Shown in pieces: positions 34,906 through 43,814 of a stretch of DNA of 64,000 bases (positions are counted from its first letter, which is position 1; each line of letters begins with the position of its first letter). The position numbers were made by a program, and so were the translations under genes. The stretch is taken from positions 352,001 through 416,000 of the forward strand of contig JBFIHX010000001.1 of assembly GCA_041601615.1 (NCBI GenBank), written 5' to 3'. The stretch is from Thermoplasmatota archaeon. GTDB taxonomy: Archaea > Thermoplasmatota > E2 > JACPAO01 > JAHFTW01. The notes beneath the pieces are model-generated. The model was not told the DNA's origin, made no database searches, and was given only the letters and a program-made list of their open reading frames with translations.

Positions 34906-36360
34906 CTAAACGGTTCGCACCAATTCCGCGTCAGGCATTAGGGCCGCCGCTGGCTCCAATGGTCGCCATTCCATGCGTTGGTTGAACTCGATCATCCGAC
35001 CTCGGGCCCCATCCACCGTTTGCGGGACGCATTGGTCGAAGAACGGACTAAGCCCTTCGATGGCGGCTTCTTCTCGTGGCTCGTCTCCGAGCCGGTGGTG
35101 CATTGCGTATACGTTCCGCCAAAACGCCGTCAGAATCATTGGATCGTCTGCCGACAATTCGAGTGCTGCTAGGAGCAACTGGCTTGCTTCCTGATTTCCG
35201 GCAGGGCCCCCCAATGACTCGGCCAGATTGATTCGAGACAATACGCGCCTGTAATTGTCGAGTGTTTCGTCGAATGCGGCAAGGGAACGGCGCATATGAG
35301 TCTCAAAATCAGAGATTCGGTTTACCCGACGGAAGTGGATTGCCGCGTTTTCGAGTAGGTGTCCACGTTGAATGTCATTCAGCCCTTTCATGTCGGCGGC
35401 GATGCCAAGAGGAAGCCCTGCTTCGCGTTCCGTATCCCATCGCACAAGCCCTATGCTAGCCCTCTGGAGCAATATTGACCCGTACCGGCCCCACTCTGGG
35501 TCTTTCTCTGCCAATTCGAGCCAGAGCTTTCCTGCGGCCTCTGCGTCGTGCTTCGTATAATTGAAAACGCGAGGTGTTCGCAGGAGGGCTTCTTGGAGAT
35601 CGGGGCCCTTGGAGCGCCACCAGTCGTTGACCAGGATACTTGAGACATGATTCGCTAGAACAGTGACTGCTAGCGGATGAACCAAAGTTTGAGCTTTGAT
35701 GGATTTCTCCCTAGTGCCGTTTGAAAGTCGTGAAATTGCCATATGAACCTGTTCTCTGACTAGCCCCCATACTCGAAGGGTTTCAGGGTAAGTCCCCAGA
35801 ATAAGGCCGTTAACCTCGATCCAGTCCAGGGCGTCCTTGAAGCGTTTCTTTGGAGCATCAAGCCAGTCCATAATGTCTGGTTCGGGATATTCGCCGGAGT
35901 GCCATTTCGTTTCGGACGTTTGGTCGAAAACGGTGGAGATTGTCGCCTGCCGTGCATCGTTGGATTTTGAGTGCTGGTCAATGGAGATTGCATCAGAGAG
36001 ATACTTCTTCGCCATTCGGGCCTGTTGGCGACCGATATTTGCATCGCGACGACCCCCGGTTTCTGCCTTTGACCAATCTTGAAGAGATCCTTCTTCCGTG
36101 AGGGCCTTCGCGACAACGGCTGAAACTAGGGACTTGATGCGATTGTCATACTTGTTGGATTGCATTTCTCGGGCCACATGGCGGTGCAATCCGGGGTAGA
36201 AGCAACGACGGTTGAGAAATTCATTGTGAGGGCTGTCCTCGGTGATGACAAAATTTGGTGCTTGTTCTCGCTGGCGGTCCTGATCGGCTAAGGCGTACTG
36301 GATGTACCCATGAGTGATGGCTGCAAGCGTGCTCCAGTCCAAATCTTCTGGTTTGTTCAT
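34906..36360 (-). CDS. Hypothetical 484-aa protein with helical/TPR-like C-terminus
   Basis: Long ORF with lower GC than the flanks; GAGGT just upstream of the ATG; no recognised motif. Confidence 0.75.
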   Translation of the reverse strand: MNKPEDLDWSTLAAITHGYIQYALADQDRQREQAPNFVITEDSPHNEFLNRRCFYPGLHRHVAREMQSNKYDNRIKSLVSAVVAKALTEEGSLQDWSKAETGGRRDANIGRQQARMAKKYLSDAISIDQHSKSNDARQATISTVFDQTSETKWHSGEYPEPDIMDWLDAPKKRFKDALDWIEVNGLILGTYPETLRVWGLVREQVHMAISRLSNGTREKSIKAQTLVHPLAVTVLANHVSSILVNDWWRSKGPDLQEALLRTPRVFNYTKHDAEAAGKLWLELAEKDPEWGRYGSILLQRASIGLVRWDTEREAGLPLGIAADMKGLNDIQRGHLLENAAIHFRRVNRISDFETHMRRSLAAFDETLDNYRRVLSRINLAESLGGPAGNQEASQLLLAALELSADDPMILTAFWRNVYAMHHRLGDEPREEAAIEGLSPFFDQCVPQTVDGARGRMIEFNQRMEWRPLEPAAALMPDAELVRTV

Positions 36361-36398
36361 GATTACCTCGGGGGAAGAGGGGGATGAGGATTGAAGCC

Positions 36399-36524
36399 TT
36401 ACTTGCGATTGGCTTCTGCTTTGGTTTGAGCCCCGGTGGGCGATTCACCACTCGATCGCCAGTGCGTCGGGTGCTGGGGGTTCAGTTGGTTGCTGCGGTT
36501 GTCGTTTTGCGCTTTGTCGGGCAT
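36399..36524 (-). CDS. Small hydrophilic protein with DNRSNQLNP motif (41 aa), not in the ORF track
   Basis: MPDKAQNDNRSNQLNPQHPTHWRSSGESPTGAQTKAEANRK; co-oriented just upstream of the 484-aa ORF. Confidence 0.5.
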   Translation of the reverse strand: MPDKAQNDNRSNQLNPQHPTHWRSSGESPTGAQTKAEANRK

Positions 36525-36619
36525 GTCTGTCTTCCTGCGGCGCTTGCCGTGATGGTACATAGCGCGACGAAAGACAAGTGGAAATCGGACAAAACTGGTT
36601 TTCTAGCCGAGATCGGTTG

Positions 36620-38290
36620 GCGAGTCTCGGCGCGAGATGTCTCGAATCTCGAAGTGAAACCCCGGAAGTCTGGGAAATCGAGACCCCTGAAACCAGTCTC
36701 GCGAGTCTCAAATGAAGGGTCCAGGGGAGACCCTTGCAACAGGAGGCCGAATCCGTCTCGCGAGACCCCGCCGAGACCCCCGAGACTCATTGGAGTCTCG
36801 GCTTGAGACCCCGAAATGGGTCACGCAACAGGAGAGCCGAGACCGAAATTGAAACCCCCCAGACCCCACGGACCGGGGAGTCTCAAGGAATCTCAAAAGG
36901 GGTCTCGCAACAGGAGACGGAGACCGAGTTTGAATCTCGTTTGGCTTCACGGGTCTCGTGGGACCTGATTTGGAGTCTCGAATTGGGGTCTCGGGTCGAG
37001 TGAACGGAGTTCATGCTCGGGGCCTCGGGGTCGTCCAGGAGGGGTTAGGATTGGGGTCGATTCAAGCCGTGGATTCGGGTCTTCGGACCCCAACAAACGG
37101 AGTGTCCCGAAGCCGACCCCACCGGGTACCCGGAACCCGACGAAAACGGGTCTCCGACACCCACCCATCGGGTCCCGGAGACCCGACCCAAAACGGGTAC
37201 CCAACACCCAACCCAGCCGGGTACCCGATACCCAATCCATTTTGGACCCTTGCAACAGGAGGCAGGACACCCGTTTTGGGTACCCATGAACCCAACCCAA
37301 AGCGGGTACCCAGAACCCAACCCACGCGCAAACAAGGCCCCAACAGAGGTGGGTCTCGGATACCCACCCAACGGGTCCCAGGGACCCCACCCAAGCCGGG
37401 TACCCTGGAACCCCCATTCCGAATTACCCAGGGCTCAATCCATGAGATCCATCAACCCTGGGAAGGAGCCCCTTGTTTGAGGGGTTCGAGGGTTCGGCAC
37501 AAGGGGTTCGGTTTTGAGGCTCGTTTGAACCCTTGCCGCTCCTGTTGCGGGGGTATGCTCGTGTGGGTTCGCGAAGGGTTGGCTTGTGAACGCTTGCGAG
37601 GGTTCGCGAGGGTAGGCTCGATTGAACCCTCGCGCCTCCTGTCGCAAGAGTAGGCTCGGGAGGGTTCGCGAACGTCGGCTCATGAACCCTGGCGAGGGTT
37701 CGCGAGGGTTCATTTTTCCGAGCATCCCAGGTGTTCGAGGGTTCGGAAATCGAACTCCGAGGATGTTCAGCTAGGGTTCAGGTTTGAGGGCTCGGGAGGG
37801 TTCGTGGGGTCGCTCTTACGGGGTTTGAATCGGGGTCGAATCTTGCCATGAATTCGGGCCTCCGGACCCCGGCAAACGGGGTACCCCGAACCCACCCCAA
37901 ACGGGGTACCCCAAAGCCGACCCCACTGGGGTACCCCGCGACCCCGCCCTGATTCGGCCCCGCCAACGGAAGGAATCGACCCCACTTTGACCCCGGCACA
38001 CGGGGTACCCCGATTTGGAACCCCAAAAACGGGGTCTGTCCCTCCTGTCAAATTGGGGTGGATTGGGTGGGGTCAAACGGGCCCCGAGCGGGGTACCCCG
38101 GCAAAAAACCCCAAAAATCACCCCTTCCTCTCCTGTTAGATTGGGGTTGTTCTGGGTGGGGTCCAATAGACCCCACGCGGGGTAACCCAGAATTGACCCC
38201 GCTGGCACCCCCACCGACCCCCAGATGGGCACCCCGAATCCGACCGCACGGAGAAATTCGGACCCTGCCTATCTGGCGCCGAACGGGTTC
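36620..38290. repeat. Non-coding array of short motifs in four blocks (GAGAC/GTCTC; GGGTACCC; GGGTTC/GAACCC; GGGGTACCCC)
   Basis: About 20 GAGAC/GTCTC in 36620-37000; six GGGTACCC in 37124-37405; over ten GGGTTC/GAACCC in 37480-37805; five GGGGTACCCC in 37878-38099 (counted by eye). Confidence 0.85.
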
Positions 38291-38341
38291 CGATCTGGGA
38301 TTTTGGCCCCCGCCGATGGTGGTTGGATCGGCGGGTCGTGT

Positions 38342-41300
38342 TCAGGCACTTGCTTGAAGAATGCAGGTTTCGAGGTCTGTAATTTGGCGTTCATCGAACA
38401 AGGCATCCCATCCCTTCGGAGCCAGATCGGTAAACGGCGGCTCGTAGAGCGCCTTGATCTGAATGGACCCATGCTCGACGATGTAGTCCACGACCATGTT
38501 GAGGAATTGGATTTGGTGCGAGTTCATGTTCCGTTCATTCAGGAATTTTCCGAATGCTCGTTTTGCTACGTCGCGATCCAAGCCGACGAGGGAACGCACG
38601 AACCCGGCCGTACCGTTTGCGGCCTCTCGGACTTGCTTTAGCATGGAATTGTCTGATCCGGCGATGCCTTCCAGGAGGGATTCGAGGTGTGCCAGTCCCT
38701 CTGAATTGAGGGGTTCACCACGTCGAACGCACTGTACCACGGGGTCTTCGTCGAGGCTTCGCAAGTGATACTTGGCCTTCTCGCGGAACCGCTGGAAATC
38801 ACCATTTGTAGTCGTGCCGGGGAGAGTCAAGGGAACTGCCATACCAATTTCATCCTCGAAATCAGTATAGAGCGGGGTTCTTACGTGCTTGTCGAGGAGG
38901 TGAATGAGAGTACGCAACTGACGCCGGGCATGTTCCAGCATGGCCGTTGTCACGTCTTCCCACCAAGCGTCGGTTTGGAGGTCTTGAATCAGGTTCAATT
39001 CCTTTTGAACGACTGGAATGTTGCGCTTTTCCTCCAATCGTTCGGCCAGGGATCGCACCTTGTCACGCAAGCCCGGAGCGTTTGGATCATCGCGAAGAAG
39101 TGCAAGTTCAAGCGTGAGCATCATGAGGTCGAACCGCTTCGCCTCCTCCTGCTCTGGTGGCATTTCTGCGGGGAGCGGCGCGACTTTCTTTGCAAGCTCG
39201 GGCGCTTGTTCTGGCTCAAGGAAGCCCCAGGCTTCCTCTTTGCTAAATCGCTCCACGAGTTTTCGCTGGGGGCGCACGACGAAGTTCTCCAAGTTCATGG
39301 AGGCTACCTCGTGGCGCAAGGTCTCGGCAAATTCCCGACGCAAGGGATCGGCTGCATCTGGCTTGTCGCCAGGGGGCCCGCCGTCGCGTTGGTCAAATTC
39401 TTGAACGAGGCCCAAACGGGTTTGGAACAATCGCTCCTTGAGACTTGGCGCAACACTGGCACTTCCTTCGGGAAGGTCGAGGCTGAAGTGTTCCAGGTTG
39501 CGGCAAAAGTCGAAGATGAAGAACGACTTTTTGTCTTGCCCAGGGCCGAACAAGTTCTCGCAGAGGCGGGTTCCTCGTCCGATCATTTGCCAGAATTTGG
39601 TCTTGGATCGAACGACTTTGAAGAAGACGAGGTTGCAGACTTCGGGAACGTCGATTCCCGTGTCGAGCATGTCCACGGAGATCGCCATTCCGGGGTCTGG
39701 GAGGCGTTTGAAGTCCTTGATGAGGGTATCAGCGTACTTGGTCTGGTAAGTGATTACACGGGCAAATTTGCCGGCCAAGTGGGGATAATGGACGTTGAAG
39801 CGTTTGTCGATGAAGTCTGCGTGGGCTTGATTCTTGGCAAAGATGATGGTCTTGGCCAACCGATCGCCGCCCTCGATTTTCTGGCCGTTTGTCATGACAT
39901 GGGCGAGTGCCTTGTCCACCGTGTCGTCGTTGAAGAGCCACTTGTTCACATGGTCGGCGTCCACGTCGCGGGGCGGTTCGTCCTCCTCCCCCCAATCTAG
40001 GTTGTCCCACTGCTCTTTGTCTTCGTCTGGAAGCTCGTCGTAATGGATGCCTTCGCGAGGGAACAGGAGTGGGACAGAGTGGGCCTCTGGCGGAACGAGG
40101 TAACGATCCTTGATGGCTTCATCCAGGTTGTAGGCGTCGGTGGGAACGCCTGCTTCCAAGTCAAAAGTCGAGTACGTGTTGCGTTCAATTTCGTCCTTGG
40201 GTGTCGCGGTGAGGCCGAGCAAGGGCGCGTCAAAGTACTCGAAAATTGCCTTGTATTTTCGGAAAATGGATCGGTGGGCCTCGTCGATAATAACCAAGTC
40301 GAAGTGGCCTACGCTGAATCGACGCTGGCCTTCTTTGACCTCGTCGATGAGGTTCATCATGGTGTGGTATGTGGAAACGTAGATGCGGCCTTCGGTGTCC
40401 TTTTCCTCAAGTAGGTTGACTGGGTTGAAGCTGGGGAGGTGCGTTTTGAAACCCTCACCGGCTTGATTGGCGAGTTCGCGCCGATCGGCCAAAAACAGGA
40501 TTCGTTTGGCCCAATTGGCTCGCATCATTACGTCTGCTAGAGCGATGGCGGTTCGGGTTTTGCCGGTGCCTGTCGCCATGACGAGGAGGGCCTTTCGGCG
40601 CTGGTCGGACTCGAAGGATTCACAGATGCGTCGAATTGCACGATTCTGGTAGTGCCGATCGACGATGGATTTCTTGATTTGGGTCTCTGCAAGGCTGTGG
40701 CGCGTGGTGCGGCGCTGGATGAGGAGTTGAAGTTCGGCCTTGCTGTAGAAGCCCTGAATTTCGCGTGGCGGGTAGCGGTCGTCTTCCCAAATCCAGTGTT
40801 TGTATCCGTTGCTGTAGAAGATCACGGGCCGTTGACCGGTTTCGGCTTCTAGGCAATCAGCGTAGAGCTTGGCTTGCTGTTGCCCAATTCGCGGGTCATT
40901 CTTGGTGCTCTTTGCTTCCACAATGCCCAGTGGTGAGCCGTCGTCGCCCCATAGAACATAATCGACGTAACCCTTTCGCGAGGGATTGGGCATTCCCTGG
41001 ACTTCGTATTCGAGGTCATTGGGGCCATTGAGTTTCCAGCCAGCCTCCTTCAGGAGCAAGTCAATGAAGAAATCCCGCGTTTCTGCCTCGTTGAAGTCGT
41101 GGTCCACGGGGACGGCTTCGTTGGCTTTTCGGGTTTCCTCGATTTGGGCGCGAAGGCGCTTGAGCTCGTCGTTTAATTCGCCGTGAACGACTAGGATTTT
41201 CGTGAGTTTTTCGTCTTGCTCGGCGCGTTGTGCTTGCAAGGCGGCGAGTTCGGCGGCGGTGCTCCTGGATCCTACGGCTTCTCGGGGAAGCAAGGATTTG

Positions 41301-41698
41301 TCGAACTGCATGGGCCCCGGCGGGTCCTTGCTGTAGGTGCAAGCAAACCAGTACAGGATTTGCCAGAGTTCGCGCACGGCAGCGATTCCGTCTTCCTCTC
41401 GAATCGTGGCGGAGCCGTGGACCGCTTCGTTGCCAAGCCGAGCCAAGATTCGGCACTTGGTGAATACAGGTCGCCCCACGACATCCTGGAATGATGGTTC
41501 GTGGATGAGTGCCGAGAGATTGTCATTGTATGGAAGCTTGAGGCGATTGTCGTGCTTGTATGCCCAATGTAAGGCCAATTCCAGCGCACGGCGAGCATGG
41601 AAACAGGCGGTGCGTGGGTCCGGGATGGCCAAGGATTCAGCTTGGAGGGCGGGTTCTTGGACCTCGGGGAATGAATTGAGGAACGGTAATTGATTCAC
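38342..41698 (-). CDS. hsdR: Type I restriction endonuclease subunit R (EcoEI-like)
   Basis: VDYVLW..IVEAK nuclease, MATGTGKT, DEAHRS, LTATP, MLDTGIDVP, QMIGRGTR and C-terminal LYEPPFTD. Confidence 0.95.
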   Translation of the reverse strand: MNQLPFLNSFPEVQEPALQAESLAIPDPRTACFHARRALELALHWAYKHDNRLKLPYNDNLSALIHEPSFQDVVGRPVFTKCRILARLGNEAVHGSATIREEDGIAAVRELWQILYWFACTYSKDPPGPMQFDKSLLPREAVGSRSTAAELAALQAQRAEQDEKLTKILVVHGELNDELKRLRAQIEETRKANEAVPVDHDFNEAETRDFFIDLLLKEAGWKLNGPNDLEYEVQGMPNPSRKGYVDYVLWGDDGSPLGIVEAKSTKNDPRIGQQQAKLYADCLEAETGQRPVIFYSNGYKHWIWEDDRYPPREIQGFYSKAELQLLIQRRTTRHSLAETQIKKSIVDRHYQNRAIRRICESFESDQRRKALLVMATGTGKTRTAIALADVMMRANWAKRILFLADRRELANQAGEGFKTHLPSFNPVNLLEEKDTEGRIYVSTYHTMMNLIDEVKEGQRRFSVGHFDLVIIDEAHRSIFRKYKAIFEYFDAPLLGLTATPKDEIERNTYSTFDLEAGVPTDAYNLDEAIKDRYLVPPEAHSVPLLFPREGIHYDELPDEDKEQWDNLDWGEEDEPPRDVDADHVNKWLFNDDTVDKALAHVMTNGQKIEGGDRLAKTIIFAKNQAHADFIDKRFNVHYPHLAGKFARVITYQTKYADTLIKDFKRLPDPGMAISVDMLDTGIDVPEVCNLVFFKVVRSKTKFWQMIGRGTRLCENLFGPGQDKKSFFIFDFCRNLEHFSLDLPEGSASVAPSLKERLFQTRLGLVQEFDQRDGGPPGDKPDAADPLRREFAETLRHEVASMNLENFVVRPQRKLVERFSKEEAWGFLEPEQAPELAKKVAPLPAEMPPEQEEAKRFDLMMLTLELALLRDDPNAPGLRDKVRSLAERLEEKRNIPVVQKELNLIQDLQTDAWWEDVTTAMLEHARRQLRTLIHLLDKHVRTPLYTDFEDEIGMAVPLTLPGTTTNGDFQRFREKAKYHLRSLDEDPVVQCVRRGEPLNSEGLAHLESLLEGIAGSDNSMLKQVREAANGTAGFVRSLVGLDRDVAKRAFGKFLNERNMNSHQIQFLNMVVDYIVEHGSIQIKALYEPPFTDLAPKGWDALFDERQITDLETCILQASA

Positions 41699-42627
41699 AG
41701 GCGCGGCACCCCATAGATGGCCTCAGAATCAAATTGTCGAAGAGCATACGGCGTTACACCGGCTAGGAGCATAGTAGTTGAAAGCCAGTCTCGAAGCGTA
41801 AGATCACGAGACGGCAAGTCTCGGCTAGTTCCGTGGCGCACCCCGCCATACTTGTTTGCAAATGAAGAAACTTGGATTGCTGCACCTTTTACCTGCCCGT
41901 GCGGCCAGTCCTTGATTTCGGCAAGCATCGCGTTCAAGGTTTGGGCAGCAACGTCGGGGTGCGTTGCACCAAGGGATTCCAAATGGATAATGTGACTTGC
42001 TACACAGTTTTTGACACGTTTTTCGGAAATTCCAAGGCGTAAATCGCGCATTGATTCCTTAAATTCATCAAGGCGTTGCGCTTGTACTGCATCTTGATAG
42101 CAGGAATTCTCGATGTTGCGAACAAATGATGATAATAGGCCCGGCAATGTAGGGTAGATTCGGCCTGACGCCTGCAACTCGTAGCGCAAACTGTAGGTGT
42201 CAATGAAGTGATGCCAAAGAGACAGGTACAGATCCGTTAGCCCAGGGAGCGAAAATTCCTCAAGTGTTTCAAAGACAGACTCCATGAAGCAGATAATTTC
42301 TGACTCTGTCCGGAGACCACGAACTAGTTTTACTTGGAATTTAGCGGGTAGTGCATCAATTGCATCATCGCCCAGATCTTTAGCTAGTTCCGCCCCTCTC
42401 TCTTGACGGGCCTGTCTGACTTTTCGCTCGACTGGAATTTCGGCTGGAGTGCCTGCCACATTGCCTCGTGCCGCCTGCTCTTTAGCACGTTGAAGGCGAT
42501 CCAAATGTGAGTGAAGCAAAGTATACAGGTCTGCTGTCAAACTAGCGGGGGCCCGATCATAGTCCAAAAGGGGTTGCCAGATTTCGTCACTGGATCTTGC
42601 CCATATGGGCTGGAATTCGCCCCTCAT
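41695..42627 (-). CDS. Hypothetical protein inserted in the hsd operon, possible HEPN/AbiJ-like effector
   Basis: ATGA overlaps with hsdS and hsdR; lower GC; helical C-terminus with FANKYGGVRHG. Confidence 0.6.
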   Translation of the reverse strand: MRGEFQPIWARSSDEIWQPLLDYDRAPASLTADLYTLLHSHLDRLQRAKEQAARGNVAGTPAEIPVERKVRQARQERGAELAKDLGDDAIDALPAKFQVKLVRGLRTESEIICFMESVFETLEEFSLPGLTDLYLSLWHHFIDTYSLRYELQASGRIYPTLPGLLSSFVRNIENSCYQDAVQAQRLDEFKESMRDLRLGISEKRVKNCVASHIIHLESLGATHPDVAAQTLNAMLAEIKDWPHGQVKGAAIQVSSFANKYGGVRHGTSRDLPSRDLTLRDWLSTTMLLAGVTPYALRQFDSEAIYGVPRL

Positions 42628-43814
42628 ACACTACCCCTAGAAAACAAATGAAATTGAATGCTTGCTTGAAACGTATTTGCATGTTCCAAGCAATCGCTCA
42701 ACAACTGTCGCTGCCGTTCAATTGCTGCAATCTGAGAAGCAAACTTAAATTGCAGTTCTACCGGGGGCAATGGGATTTTTGCTCGGGCCAGCCGACCCTT
42801 TGAGATGTTTGGCATAGAACCGGCAGATCCTCCGGCCAAATCCTGAATTCGTTCACGCTGGCCAGGGTGCATCAAAAGTGCGGCTAGGTATTCCCCATTT
42901 GTTTTATCATTCTTCAGAATGAGTCGAAATATCAAATCAGGGATTAGCAGTTTGTTTCGAGTTTCCCGGACAACTGCACACGCCCCTACGAGGTCGCGTG
43001 TATTCTTTCGAGTAAAGAGAACGTCGCCTTCCCGCACTTCGTTGGCGCTTTCATAATGTGTGCCCATTGGAAGTGCTTTGTTTTTGGTGGCATTGTATCG
43101 ACCCCATGTTACTGCACCAAGTTTCAGCACGCCCCACTCGTCGGGTTCGGCGGGCCGAGCGTGGCATTTGGGGCTCTTGCCACTGTCTATTTTGTAGATA
43201 ATATCCTGTAATTCCACCACACCCCATCCCTTTTCATTCAGGATGGGATCTCCAAACATCTCCAAAAATAGCGATTGCTCTAACTCGTCAAGCAATGCCA
43301 AGGCACGTTTGCGTTTGGCGAGGAGGGCGTCGGATTGGTCGAGGATTTTGGCGATGCGGCGTTGTTCGGGGAGGGGAGGAAGGGGGATTTTGAGGCTCTT
43401 AACTATGCCTTGACTAATATTGGGTTGGGCACCGCCGACCCCTTTGGCAATTATTGATTTCACTTGGGCAGACAATGCATAATAGAGGTAGTCTCGGTCT
43501 ACGCGATCGTTATTGGGAATCAGGTGACAAACAGCTTGATTTGTCGTAGCTTCAATTCCGAGAATCCCGAGTCGGCCAACTGTGGCCCCATACATTGCGA
43601 GCAGAATAGAATCCGGGGGAATTAGCTTCAGCCTCGCTGCCTTCACCGCAGCCCCTGTTATTTTTTCTTGAGTGTCGAGTATTGTACTTTCGCGTAATTC
43701 GCCTGATTTTACCCAAGGTATGGTGCCCCCATCATAATAATCTGCTAATTTTTTACGTGACGGGGTAGAACCTGAGCCGACTTGACAAATTTCTCCAATT
43801 AATGCCGTTCTCAA
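42624..43814 (-). CDS. hsdS: Type I R-M specificity subunit S
   Basis: Two TRDs; GSTPSR, GGAQPNIS, IPLPPLPEQRRI and IPLPPVELQ. Confidence 0.94.
   Translation of the reverse strand: MRTALIGEICQVGSGSTPSRKKLADYYDGGTIPWVKSGELRESTILDTQEKITGAAVKAARLKLIPPDSILLAMYGATVGRLGILGIEATTNQAVCHLIPNNDRVDRDYLYYALSAQVKSIIAKGVGGAQPNISQGIVKSLKIPLPPLPEQRRIAKILDQSDALLAKRKRALALLDELEQSLFLEMFGDPILNEKGWGVVELQDIIYKIDSGKSPKCHARPAEPDEWGVLKLGAVTWGRYNATKNKALPMGTHYESANEVREGDVLFTRKNTRDLVGACAVVRETRNKLLIPDLIFRLILKNDKTNGEYLAALLMHPGQRERIQDLAGGSAGSMPNISKGRLARAKIPLPPVELQFKFASQIAAIERQRQLLSDCLEHANTFQASIQFHLFSRGSV

Noticed and set aside
36620-38290. Possible CRISPR array
   Set aside because: There is no constant 24-47 bp repeat with regular unique spacers, and no cas gene in the window.
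36384-38641. Gly/Pro/Arg-rich ORFs across the motif array (e.g. 36958..37653+, 36947..37417-, 37816..38232-)
   Set aside because: They are overlapping low-complexity translations of the DNA motifs on both strands with no consistent coding frame.
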